Part shown: one piece after another, positions 1 to 10,155 of the stretch
How positions within the stretch are numbered: position 1 is the first letter of the stretch
How the letters are laid out: the number at the start of each line of letters is the position of its first letter
Source: Terriglobia bacterium
GTDB lineage: Bacteria > Acidobacteriota > Terriglobia > JAJPHL01 > JAPKYU01
NCBI GenBank assembly: GCA_965206645.1
Contig: CBDBKE010000002.1
Coordinates: forward strand, 480,001-544,000
Direction of reading: 5' to 3'
DNA length: 64,000 nt
Position numbers and translations under genes: made by a program
The notes under the pieces: model-generated
What the model was told of the DNA's origin: nothing
Database searches by the model: none
Seen by the model: only the letters and a program-made list of their open reading frames with translations

Positions 1-239
1 TGGGAAAAGACGCCGTGCCTAGCCTGTGTTCTGTGGGAGGAAAGTTCCCGAAGGGTGTGGGTGGTAAGCCGGCCCGCCTCTTGAAAAGGACTCGGTTCGA
101 GCGCGAAAAGTTTTGTGTAGCGGCCCCTCCGTATGGTCGCAGTTTCCACCGTATATAGTTTAGAGTAGAAGCTGAAGTTCCAGTGACGCAGCACAACTAG
201 ACGTTCACGTGAGTCAAGTCTCTTTTTACGAGGGCACCC

Positions 240-2354
240 ATGCGCACTTTTATCAGCACCGTTTTTGCCGCATTTTGCTTGACCCTGCTTGGCTGCCAGT
301 CTGACGAGAAAGTCGAACCACCCATGGCAAAGATGATCCCGAAAAAACTCGAGAAACACGGCCACGTCCGCACGGACAACTACTACTGGCTTCGCGAGCG
401 GAACAATCCCGCGGCGATCGCCTATCTCGAGGCCGAGAACGAGTACACGGCAGCGATGATGGCGGATACCCGAGGTCTACAGGAAAAGCTGTTCAACGAG
501 TTCAAGGCCCGTATCAAGCAAACGGACATATCGGTGCCCTACAAGAAGGACGATTACTACTACTACACACGCACCGAGGAGGGCCAGCAGTATCCGATCT
601 ACTGCCGCAAGAAGCGTTTTGGGCGGGCTGCCGAGCAAGTCATGCTCGATGTCAACAAGGTCGCGGAAGGACACGACTTCTGCTCGGTGCGCCGGCCCGA
701 GATCAGCTCTGGACAAGACATCATGACCTACGCCGTCGATACCGTGGGCCGCCGGTTCTACACCATCTATTTCAAGAATCTCACGACTGGCAAGTTACTA
801 GACGATGTGATCCCGGACGTGACAGGAGCTATGGCCTGGGCCAACGACAACAAGACGCTATTTTACTCGAAGCAGGATCCGACAACGCTCCGCTCCTATC
901 GCATATACCGGCATGTGAGGGGAACTGATCCTCCCAAAGACGAACTAGTCCATGAGGAAACTGATGAGACGTTTAGCTGCTTTGTATTCAAGACCAAGTC
1001 CAAGAAGTACATCATGATCGCCTCGTTTCAGACGCTGGCAACGGAATTCCGCTATCTGGAGGCCGATGATCCCCAAGGTGAATTTCGGATTTTCCTGCGC
1101 CGCCAAAGAAATCACGAATACCGGGTCGATCACTACCGAGATTACTTCTACGTCAGGACCAACCACGAAGCGAAGAATTTCCGACTGATGAAAGCGCCAG
1201 TTGCGAGGACTGGAATCGAGCACTGGGAGGAAGTTATCCCTCGTCGCGACGATGTGTTCCTGGACGAGTTTGAGATTTTCAAGGACCATCTCGTGGTGAT
1301 CGAGCGAAAAGACGGTCTGCTCCAGGTGCGCATCATGCCGTGGTCCGGTACGGGGGAGCACTACCTGGACTTCGGTGAGCCAGCTTATGTGGCATACCCC
1401 AGCGACAATTATGACTTCGATACCCCGCTTGTTCGCTACACCTACAGCTCGATGACCACGCCGAAGTCGGTCTATGACTACAACATGGCGACCCGGGAGA
1501 AGAACCTGCTCAAGCGAGAAGAAGTGCTGGGCGGGTTTGATTCCGCGAACTATCAGACGGAGCGTATCCAGGCCACCACAAAGGACGGCGTACGGGTTCC
1601 GATCTCTCTCGTCTACCGCAAAGGCTTCAAGAAAGACGGCACGAATCCGCTTCTACTGTATGGCTACGGCTCTTACGGAGCCAGCATAGATGGCTGGTTC
1701 GATGCCTACCGGATTAGCCTGCTCGACCGAGGCTTCTTGTATGCTCTGGCCCATATCCGCGGAGGGCAGGAGTTGGGACGCCAGTGGTACGAAGATGGCA
1801 AGCTGCTAAAGAAAAAGAACACATTCACCGACTTCATTGCCTGCGGAGAACATCTAATTCGGGAGAAGTACGCCGACCCGAATCGCCTCTTCGCCATGGG
1901 AGGCAGTGCCGGCGGGCTGCTGATGGGGGCTGTGATCAACATGCGCCCGGAGGTTTTCAAAGGCGTGGTCACCAAAGCCCCTTGGGTGGACGTCGTGACG
2001 ACCATGCTGGATGATGACATCCCGCTGACCATCAGCGAATACGACGAGTGGGGCAACCCGAACGACAAGCAATACTATGACTATATGCTGTCTTATTCGC
2101 CGTACGATCAGGTCAAAGCCAAGGACTACCCGAATCTTCTGGTAACGACCGCGCTGCATGACTCCCAGGTCCAGTATTGGGAGCCCGCCAAGTGGGTCGC
2201 CAAGTTGCGAGCACTGAAGACCGACAACAACCGGCTGTTCCTCAAGACCGAGATGGAAGCCAGCCACGGTGGTGTCTCGGGACGCTACAAGAAGTACAGG
2301 GAGATGGCTTTCAACTACGCATTTCTACTCGATCTTGCAGGGATGGGCGAGTAG
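240..2354 (+). CDS. ptrB: Oligopeptidase B (S9A), probable lipoprotein
   Basis: 704 aa; GGSAGG nucleophile motif, YGYGSYG, HDSQV and HGG motifs; N-terminal LLGC lipobox. Confidence 0.93.
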   Translation: MRTFISTVFAAFCLTLLGCQSDEKVEPPMAKMIPKKLEKHGHVRTDNYYWLRERNNPAAIAYLEAENEYTAAMMADTRGLQEKLFNEFKARIKQTDISVPYKKDDYYYYTRTEEGQQYPIYCRKKRFGRAAEQVMLDVNKVAEGHDFCSVRRPEISSGQDIMTYAVDTVGRRFYTIYFKNLTTGKLLDDVIPDVTGAMAWANDNKTLFYSKQDPTTLRSYRIYRHVRGTDPPKDELVHEETDETFSCFVFKTKSKKYIMIASFQTLATEFRYLEADDPQGEFRIFLRRQRNHEYRVDHYRDYFYVRTNHEAKNFRLMKAPVARTGIEHWEEVIPRRDDVFLDEFEIFKDHLVVIERKDGLLQVRIMPWSGTGEHYLDFGEPAYVAYPSDNYDFDTPLVRYTYSSMTTPKSVYDYNMATREKNLLKREEVLGGFDSANYQTERIQATTKDGVRVPISLVYRKGFKKDGTNPLLLYGYGSYGASIDGWFDAYRISLLDRGFLYALAHIRGGQELGRQWYEDGKLLKKKNTFTDFIACGEHLIREKYADPNRLFAMGGSAGGLLMGAVINMRPEVFKGVVTKAPWVDVVTTMLDDDIPLTISEYDEWGNPNDKQYYDYMLSYSPYDQVKAKDYPNLLVTTALHDSQVQYWEPAKWVAKLRALKTDNNRLFLKTEMEASHGGVSGRYKKYREMAFNYAFLLDLAGMGE

Positions 2355-2500
2355 CATCACGTTCGATGTCCTCGCAATCTGCTCCCGCCCCGAACCTGAA
2401 CATAACAGATTCGCATTAGAAGCGAAGCAGGCTCCTGTTGTTCCACCGGCTCTGATCCGGCGTTTGGCGGGCCGCACTCGGTTTGCCTAGGAGTGATTTC

Positions 2501-2670
2501 TGACAGCCAATTTGACAGCCAACAGGATGGACGACAGCCAAACGCCATGGACGAAATGGAATGAAATCGCATGTAAGTTGCTAAAGAATAGACACCCGTG
2601 AACGCGGTGGACATACTTCCCCCGGTTTCGGGACCAGGGGGTCGGAGGTTCAAACCTCTCGCCCCGACCA
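2501..2670 (+). repeat. att-like remnant: 3' half of tRNA-Pro preceded by integrase arm-type repeats
   Basis: 2627-2670 matches the 3' end of the tRNA at 57527-57603 with a 1-bp deletion, in inverted orientation; (T)GACAGCCAA occurs three times at 2501-2541. Confidence 0.85.
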
Positions 2671-2973
2671 ACAAAATAGCAATCACTCCGACGCTCGAAG
2701 AACCAGGACTTGTAAATTATCGTTCGCTCAAAGCTGCACGATCAGATCATTTCTGCGTTGGGCACTCTCGACGCGATGTACTTCTTTCTTCAGCCATCTC
2801 ATATAAACCACGAACGGCTCCAGCAGATAAGGGACGGATTCCGGCACGCGCCATGAAGAGTCCGCTCTGACACCCTCGACGAGCTTCAGAGAGAAATCAA
2901 ATGGCTCCGCAAGGAAAGCGGCGCAATCGCGAAAAGTTCGTTCTTTCGAGAGGCGCTAGAGGAAGCTCGGGGG

Positions 2974-3289
2974 ATGGCTGCAAGGGGTCAAGTATTCATC
3001 TCGAAATGGCAGATCGAGCGGCGGCTCTTCAGCAGGTTCGACCGGGTAATTGCCAGATGGCCCTATGTCAAGCCCCATGCAATGGTCATCTACGATCCGA
3101 GGGACTACAACGTAAGGCAGCAGGTGTTTGAGCTTGAGGGGGCATTGTTTGGCGACTCCGAAACTCTTCTGGAACAATGCAGAACATTTCACAAGGGGGT
3201 TGAAGATTTCAGGCAGCGGCCCCGCGACGCACATTTCCTACTCCATACGTATCTTCGAACCACTGCGACAGTGATCTTTCATTTTCTAG
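2974..3289 (+). pseudogene. Hypothetical protein truncated by an IS1380 end
   Basis: ORF runs into the IS1380 terminal repeat CCCGGATTTCC at 3290. Confidence 0.3.
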
Positions 3290-3789
3290 CCCGGATTTCC
3301 TTTTTGAAAACGCAGCGGCAACCTTCAGCTAACCTCCAACGTCAATGTTGATACTGGTTGCAGCATCAATCGGAGCGTTCGGAGGCGTAAACCCAATGGG
3401 TGAGAGCGGAAAACAGGGATTTCAGCTGTCGTTCAACCGATTCCTGCGAGTCGGATTTCAGGGATCACGGGTGACTTCCAATGGTGGACTGATTCTGGTC
3501 CGGGAGTTGGATGAGCGTCTGGGATTCAGCGAACTCATTGACGAGCACCTGACCGATTCGCGGGCAAACAATGCTCGGTTTTCTTTCGCGGACTTGCTGC
3601 GGCAGTCGGTCTACAGTCGCCTAGCTGGATACGAGGATGTAAATGATGCCGAGCGGCTGTCGCAAGACCCGACCTTTCGGCTGATTGGTTCAGAGAAGAC
3701 TTGGGAACGAGGCGCGGCGCTGACCTCCAGGTTGCAAACTTTCGAGACGGAGATGCTGGCGAAGGTGGAGAACTTCGTCGGGTTAGCCT
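3290..3789 (+). mobile_element. IS1380-family 5' fragment
   Basis: Left end CCCGGATTTCC; near-identical to the copies at 30002 and 38297; breaks after ENFVGLA. Confidence 0.92.
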
Positions 3790-3974
3790 GACCGCGCTTC
3801 GGGCCTGTCACAGCCGCCCTGGCCCTTACATTCGTTGTGGCCTTTACAGACGTGCTTGGCCTTCCCTTCCTCGCCAGCAGCGAATGCCCGGCCGGGGTCG
3901 CCGATAACCTTGGCGCCGACTGCCATTCCCGTCACCGCCGCTCCCATTAGCTTACTGAACGTTCTGCGATCCAT
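3783..3974 (-). pseudogene. Tat-exported Cys-rich peptide (BufA2/bufferin-precursor-like), truncated
   Basis: MDRRTF twin-arginine signal, AFA cleavage site, CKGHNECKGQGGC; cut at the IS remnant. Confidence 0.6.
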
Positions 3975-4188
3975 TGATTCTTCTCCTCCCTCAGTCGCCG
4001 GCAGAAAAAGCGCCGGGTTAAATTCCCGTTGCTGAAACTAGGCCCACAGCCAACCTTCTTGGGGGATTAGCCGAAGACACGCTTCGCCTCCTTCGCAGCT
4101 ACACGTAATCGGGAACTCCCCATTTCAACCTTTGCTCGGGCCAGGATTCTGGGCCAGCCGCCATGTCAAGTCAATCTCAATCGGTAAA

Positions 4189-4971
4189 CTAGCTTTTCTT
4201 CCCCATTTTCGTATCGACCGTCAGGTCATTCGTCACCTCGAAGGCCAATACACCGGTGCGTACAAGGCTCTCGGCCAGTTGCCGCTCCAGCTTCTGCGCC
4301 ACCGCTCCCTTGAGGGTGATGTTGCCGTTCTGGACGATGACGTGGATGGGAGGCAAGCGCCGGTTGGCGTATCGCAGGAAAGCCGGATGGCCGTAGATCG
4401 CCCGCACGGCTGCAACGCGTATCTGATCGTCGAAAGGGGAAGTGGGTAAGATCTCAACCTCATTATTGACCCTGCGAACTCCCGGCACGGTTTCGACCAG
4501 TCTTTGGTAGTCGTCTTTCCGCCAGGGTTCCCTCACCCAACCCTTAAGATTGACCACGCCATTGCGGACCTCGCCTTCGATCCAATCGAAGATGTCGTAG
4601 AAGACAAAGCTGCGGATCGAGCGCGCCGCGTGGTCGGCAATCTGCTGATCGGAGCGGTCGGACGCCTCGATAACCAGGTGATTCTCCACCCGTGCTACAT
4701 CCTCCACCCGGCTGGCCTCCTGTTGCGCCCGCTTCTTCTCGGCAAGGCTCAAAACCGTTCCCTCCAAGGTGACCATATGATCGTCCACGGACACCCGGAT
4801 GTTGTCCTCCCGCTGCAATTCGTGCTTGATCAGTTGGTGCTCGACCAGGGTCTTGATCATCGCATCCGAAAGTGGGTCGTGGCGGCCTTGAACAGTGCTT
4901 ACACTTACAAACAGCCCCACAGCTAGCAAGATCGGCAACATGCCCTCGATGGTCCTTAGTTTGGTTTTCAT
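4189..4971 (-). CDS. Secreted multi-BON-domain protein
   Basis: Signal peptide; three BON-like repeats (VTLEGTV, VNLKGWV, ITLKGAV...VTNDL). Confidence 0.85.
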   Translation of the reverse strand: MKTKLRTIEGMLPILLAVGLFVSVSTVQGRHDPLSDAMIKTLVEHQLIKHELQREDNIRVSVDDHMVTLEGTVLSLAEKKRAQQEASRVEDVARVENHLVIEASDRSDQQIADHAARSIRSFVFYDIFDWIEGEVRNGVVNLKGWVREPWRKDDYQRLVETVPGVRRVNNEVEILPTSPFDDQIRVAAVRAIYGHPAFLRYANRRLPPIHVIVQNGNITLKGAVAQKLERQLAESLVRTGVLAFEVTNDLTVDTKMGKKS

Positions 4972-5065
4972 TTCTGGTTCCCTTTCTCAAGTCCCGTTCT
5001 ATTCCTCTCCCCTTCTGGGAGGGAACCCCAGCAAAGTCACGGGTTTCTCCCCGGTCTTGGAATCT

Positions 5066-5860
5066 TCAATTGCGGGTCCGGTTGAACTGAGATTTCAGGA
5101 CCAGCAAGGTTCGGTCGTCGTTGGCCGGCCTCCCTCCTGCAAAGGCCTCGACCACTTCGAGCAAGGCCTGGCCGGTCTCCGCCGGGGATGTGACTGGAAC
5201 CCCGGCTGCCGCCCGCATCAGTCCTTCGTGCCCTAACTCGTCGTCGATTGGGCTCCTGCCTTCCGTCATCCCATCGGTGTAGAAAACCAGCAGGTCGCCG
5301 TCCTCCAGCTGGAAGCCGCTTTGCTGGTACTCGGTGCCGGAGATAAGTCCCAGGGGGATGTCGGAAATGGCGGACAAAGATCTGGGGCTATGATCGGACA
5401 CCCAGTCCCAGCGCCGTTCCCTGGCGTGATACCAGAGGGGGGGATAGTGCCCGGCGTTGGTCACCAGCAGTTGGCCGCGGACGGTGTAGAAGCCCAGAAC
5501 CAACATGGTGGCAAAACCGACGTGGGCCGATCTCCGCGGGAATGACCGGTTCAGTTCCCGAGCGAAGTCCGATTGATCCCAGACATTGATGTATTTCCTC
5601 ACTAGCTCATGGAGCGTTTCCGCCATCGGGCTGACGGCCTGCCCATGCCCCTCGACATCCGCCAGCACAATCCGCGAGAGCGCTCCCTTGTTGCAGACCG
5701 ACAAGTAGTAGACATCCCCGCCGCCAGTGCCAGGACCGAGAGGAGCAGAGTGAATCCATCCGGAAAGGCCGGGAAGCTCAAACTCACAATCCACCTGGTG
5801 ATTCCCGCCCCATACTTCCATGCAAGCCAATTGGAAGCCTTTCTGCTTTGCGCTGAGCAT
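5066..5860 (-). CDS. PP2C/SpoIIE-family phosphatase
   Basis: GGDVY, LADVEGHG, NAGH, FYTDG, DDRT motifs; start estimated near MLSAKQ after an AGGAGG RBS. Confidence 0.85.
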   Translation of the reverse strand: MLSAKQKGFQLACMEVWGGNHQVDCEFELPGLSGWIHSAPLGPGTGGGDVYYLSVCNKGALSRIVLADVEGHGQAVSPMAETLHELVRKYINVWDQSDFARELNRSFPRRSAHVGFATMLVLGFYTVRGQLLVTNAGHYPPLWYHARERRWDWVSDHSPRSLSAISDIPLGLISGTEYQQSGFQLEDGDLLVFYTDGMTEGRSPIDDELGHEGLMRAAAGVPVTSPAETGQALLEVVEAFAGGRPANDDRTLLVLKSQFNRTRN

Positions 5861-5868
5861 CGTTCCTC

Positions 5869-6120
5869 CTAAATCTCGTCTGTCCGAAGCCGTGTTGGCA
5901 TCCACAGGCTGAGCTGCCTCCGCTGTTTCCACTGAGGCCGCTGCAGCAGCGGGGCGGTGGCAAAATTGACCCCGAACCGCCGGCACCATACCGTCACCGC
6001 ACGATATTTGGCCAGATCGTAGCGCTCGAGGATAGTGTCTTCGGCCCTATACACCACTCCCATGCCACCGGCGCCCAGCTTCTCCAAGACGCGGTAGTGA
6101 GAAGTTGTCTTGCCAGTCAT
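5869..6120 (-). pseudogene. Chimeric fragment: Ser/Thr kinase N-terminus fused to a DM13 C-terminus
   Basis: HYRVLEKLGAGGMGVVYRAED followed by DLAKYRAVTVWCRRFGVNFATAPL. Confidence 0.75.
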
Positions 6121-6238
6121 GGGGAGTGCCTTGTTCCGGTCTCCCATGGAATGAAGTTCATAGTTGCCTTAGATGCAGAGATGGGCGGGCAGGATTCACC
6201 GGGAATTTCTGAACTCCCCGGATAGCAGTGCTCGCTGA

Positions 6239-6328
6239 GACCCGCTCACCTGCCCTGAGGATCGCATCCGCGACACCAAAGCCCTGGTGGCCATGGTGGA
6301 TGGCCGCATCGTCCACGAAACCCAATAA
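6239..6328 (+). pseudogene. Amidohydrolase C-terminal fragment
   Basis: DPLTCPEDRIRDTKALVAMVDGRIVHE*. Confidence 0.55.
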
Positions 6329-6502
6329 GCTGACGATTGTGGTGGGCAGTTAGACGGTGGCTCGGGAGTACTGCCGGGGTTTGAACTCCGTCTTTGCGCC
6401 TTCCATCGGGAGACACCGGCCTGGACTACGCCATGGCACACTCCCACTCGGCCACCATTGCGCCCTTCCTCATCTCTGACCCTTAGGGCCAACATGCGGG
6501 TC

Positions 6503-6559
6503 AACAGCCACCAACCCTTCAACCGCTATAGCTACGTGTAAAACGACCCGCTCAATTTC
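6503..6559 (+). pseudogene. RHS-repeat core remnant
   Basis: Translates QPFNRYSYV*NDPLN, resembling the RHS core motif NxYxYxxNNP. Confidence 0.5.
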
Positions 6560-6623
6560 AGAGGTCCTGCTAAGAGCGCGCTTGAGCCGACGGCACGGCT
6601 TCGGTCGCGTGAGCGTCCCGCGT

Positions 6624-6701
6624 TGTCATTCTGAGCGCGTGCCAAGAATCCCCGCAGTTAGTAAGGAACTACTGAGACCCTTCGTTGCGCTCAGGGTGAC
6701 A
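6624..6701. repeat. REP-like palindromic miniature element
   Basis: TGTCATTCTGAGCG...AAGAATC...GAGACCCTTCG...CGCTCAGGGTGACA terminal inverted repeat. Confidence 0.7.
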
Positions 6702-7070
6702 GCATGGGAACCTTCGCAGACATCATGAAGTGATGCGCGCGCCACCCGCCAAGATGCTTCGCCCGTCGGCACGTCACTCGCCACTGTCCATAGGCCGAGG
6801 GTTCGTCAACGCCAAAAGCCCACGGCATGAACGCCATGCAAACCTAGCCCGCCCCGGTAAACAGTCCTCTCAGTTGTTAAGCTCACTTAAGTGCAGCTGC
6901 AGTTGCAACCGAACAGTATGCCATTCTGCAGGTGTTTACCTTGATGATTTCGCGGTTGTGCGTACCGGCTGGGCATAGACTCCGGAGCCCAGGAAACTTG
7001 AAATCGAAAATCCCGGTTGCGTGATGTCCGGGTGGAGTCTTGGCCCGCTGGAAGGATTCTATGCAGGTCA

Positions 7071-7089
7071 GCCTAAACAGGAGTTATGC
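7071..7089 (+). other. Integron attI-like simple site
   Basis: GCCTAAA-CAGGA-GTTATGC has the 7-5-7 geometry of attI1 (CCCTAAA-ACAAA-GTTRRRY). Confidence 0.6.
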
Positions 7090-7107
7090 CGCGAGGTTCG
7101 AACCATT

Positions 7108-9065
7108 ATGAAAGAGGTAACTAAGCCCGGATTTCCTTTATGAACTATCGGCGGCAACCTTCTGAATGACTCCAACGTCAGTATTGATAGCCCGCGGGTC
7201 CTCCAGTTGTTAATCAAGCTGCATTGCCAGTTCCGGAGGTGTACACCGAATGGGTAGAGAGCCAAAAACAGTTGCGTGATGTCCGTTTCAACTGTCATTC
7301 AACCGGTTTCTGCGGGTCACATTTCAGGGATCGCGAATCACTTCCGACGGCGGTCTGATTGTGGTGCGCGAGTTGGACGAACGTTTGGGGTTCGGCGAAC
7401 TTATCGAACAGCACTTGATCGACTCTCGGGGGAAGAACACCCGGTTGCCCCTCGCTGACTTGCTGCGGCAGTCCATCTACAGCCGCTTGGCAGGATACGA
7501 AGACGTCAACGACGCCGAGCGGCTTTCCCGAGATCCGACGTTCCGGGTGATCGGTTCGGAGAAGATCTGGGAACGTGGCGCAGCCCTGACTTCCCGGTTA
7601 CAGTCGTTCGAGACAGAACTGCTGACGCAAGACGAGAACCTTGCTGGTTTGGCAGCGATCAACCGGGATTTGATCGCCAAGGCGGAAGCTATGGATGCGC
7701 CGCGCCGGGTGGTGCTGGACATGGACAGCACCGAGATCCCGGTCTACGGCGAACAGGAGCAGAGCGCCTACAACGGGCATTTCGAGTCGAGTTGCTATCA
7801 CCCGTTGTTGCTGTTCAGTCGCGAGGGTGACTGTCTGGCGGCCAAGCTGCGACCCGGCAACGTGCACAGCGCCGAGGATTGGGAAGAACTTCTCCTGCCA
7901 GAGATCGAACGGCAGCAGAAGCTGGGCAAGGAAGTGGTGTTTCGCGCCGACGCCGCCTTCGCCAAGCCGGAGATCTACGACGCACTGGAGGAGCGGGACG
8001 TGAAGTATGCGATTCGCATCCCGGCCAACGACAGTCTGGAGAGGGACATCGCGGAGTTGTTGACGCGGTCAGTGGGGCGACCGAGCCACAAGCCGGTGGT
8101 CTGGCACAAGAGCTTTCTCTACCAGGCAGCCAGTTGGAAAAAGGCGCGGCGGGTGGTGGCGAAGGTGGAGTTCCACTTTGGCGAACTGTTCCCTCGCGTG
8201 GGGTTCATCGTCACCAATCTGGAGACCGACAGCCGGGCGGTGGTCCGGTTCTACAACAAGCGGGGCACCGCAGAGCAATGGATCAAGGAAGGCAAGCAGG
8301 CGGTAAAGATGACCCGGCTGAGTTGCCATCGGTTTCGGTCGAACGAGGTGCGCCTATGGCTGAGCCTGATCGCCTACAACTTGGGAAACCTGTGGCGGCG
8401 GCTGGTGCTACCGAAGAGGATCAATAACTGGTCGCTGACGAGTTTGCAGCAGCGGCTGGTGAAAACGGGCGGACGGCTGGTGAAACATGCGCGATATTAC
8501 TGGCTTTTGCTGGCCGAAGGGCACTTGAGCCGGAGGCTGTTCAGCAGCATGCTGCGAACGATCTCGGCACTGCCGCTGCCAGACGGCTAGCGACCCAGGA
8601 GAGAGGGTAATTTTAGGTGCTCAGAAGTGGTCGGGCCGGACAAGTGTCAGCGGCGAGGCAGGCTGGGCAGGCGAAACCCGCACAGCGACTCCGAAGAACA
8701 GCCAAAATGTGCCGCACTACCACCTCAAAGAGGCCCGGGCGATTTGCGATTGACACGACAGGGTAAGAGGCATAGGTTTTCGGGTGAAGGGGAAGCTCAA
8801 AATGGAAATTCCGGCTAAGGAAGAATTCAAAAAGTTGCACTTCAAACTCGGCGGTGGAGCCGCCACAGGTTGGGATCGCGACTATTGGAACAAGTTTTTT
8901 GCGCACAACGAAAGAACTGACATGGAGTACTTAGTGGAAGAACGGGAAACGCCGGAGCACACCAGAATGATGATCGTCACTGACAATAGCGCGAAAGAAT
9001 ATCGTCTGTTCTTTTTAACTGAAGAGGCGGAGGATCGCTTTCTTGAGTTTCCGGAGGAAAGCTGA
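7108..9065 (+). pseudogene. Integron-cassette-like hypothetical gene interrupted by IS1380
   Basis: Removing 7126-8814 and one CTAAG restores MKEVTKEEFKKLHF...FPEES*; flanked by GTTATGC and GCATAAC. Confidence 0.75.
7126..8814 (+). mobile_element. IS1380-family element, transposase ORF 7361-8590 (5' end disrupted)
   Basis: Ends CCCGGATTTCC / GGAAATTCCGG; 5-bp TSD CTAAG; DMDST, FRADAAF, AEQWIKEGK motifs. Confidence 0.95.
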
Positions 9066-9071
9066 AGTGCG

Positions 9072-9096
9072 GCATAACAGGGCGCTGCTCCCGACG
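9072..9096 (+). other. Left half of an attC-like site
   Basis: GCATAACAGGGCGCTGCTCCCGACG 6 bp after the stop codon; GCATAAC is complementary to GTTATGC at 7083. Confidence 0.6.
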
Positions 9097-9340
9097 AGGC
9101 TTTTTGCTTACAGCAATGGACAGCGCACCAGCCTGCTTTAAGGCTTGCCCAATTGCTTTGACAACGAACTGCTTAAGCGTGATGCCCGCATGGCAGCGGT
9201 AGCCTTTGCCCGTCGCAACAGATCCCTAGAAGTCTATGGGGCTGCCTTTCGCGGTCCCGCCTTGTAGTTCCTCCTAGGCTTTCTTGCGACCAGCTTTCGT
9301 TGCTGCTGGATTCACTTTACCCGAATCAACAGAAATATTC

Positions 9341-9466
9341 GGCGGGACCTATCTACTCTCAGCTATTAAAGTGACGCTGCCTCCAGGTAGGCACTTGTCC
9401 GGATAGCCGACTATACGTCCAAGTGAAACCGGGATTGATAACGCTAGCCCGTTTGTGGCGACCTAT
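9341..9466 (+). repeat. Palindromic site cluster: Y half-site, X site (9392-9425), Y site (9433-9466)
   Basis: CACTTGTCCGGATA-GCCGAC-TATACGTCCAAGTG and GATTGATAACGCTA-GCCCGT-TTGTGGCGACCTAT; recurs in the window. Confidence 0.85.
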
Positions 9467-9534
9467 CAGGCTTTCCTGGACATGCGACCCGGCAGGCGAT
9501 AATCTTTGGTCCTTCCCCTCCGAGGGGGACAGAC

Positions 9535-9945
9535 ATGCGTAGGTTCTTGATTCGTTCCATAGGGCCGGGAATGGCACTGCTAGCCCTGGGGCTGCTCGCC
9601 ATCGGCCTAGTGGAGATGGACTTCCGCCCCGTCCTTGCCGACAAGCAATACTCCGTAGCGAAAACTCCAGCGGCCACCAAGCCGCAGGTGGTGGAGACTT
9701 TCGGGAAGCTGCCTCTCTATTTCATTGAGAACCAGGGGCAGCTCGACCCTCGCGTCGCCTACTACACCCAGGGTGGCGACAAGAACATCTACTTCACTAG
9801 CCGCGGGGTGACGTTCGCGCTGACACGCGCCGGGGAGGGAGAGCCCTCATCGGAGGCCCTCGTGCACCCCGTCTCTTACCGGGGGACCGGCGGCGCCAAG
9901 GAGCACGGTTCGCAAAGGGAAGCGCAGCGCTGGGTGTGGTCATGA
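9535..9945 (+). pseudogene. 5' fragment of an SBBP-repeat-type secreted protein
   Basis: FGKLPLYFIENQGQLDPRVAYY motif; truncated after RWV; inverted paralog at 29427-29832. Confidence 0.75.
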
Positions 9946-10155
9946 TCAAAGGGACCAGCACCCTGCTAAGCTGGATGTACAATCAGCAGACGCTCCCAAG
10001 GGGGTAGCTATGAGGAGGTGTACAATCTTGCCAAGGCTTCGAGGGCTTCTGGGAGTTTAATCCTCAATGGGTGGTGAAAAAAGCAACACGCCCGGCGACC
10101 AGCCAGCGAGGCAGTGCTTGGAAGCAGGAATCGGACCTTGGGCCGTTTCGCCAGT

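Noticed and set aside
6730-7070. intI upstream of the attI-like site
   Set aside because: No tyrosine-recombinase motifs were found in the frames inspected.
7185-7290. Short insertions in the IS1380 5' end relative to the 44000-45658 copy
   Set aside because: The inserted bits (CAGTTGTTAA, GTTGCGTGATGTCCG) match the flank at 6845-7030, so this is probably a consensus artefact from mixed IS+/IS- reads.
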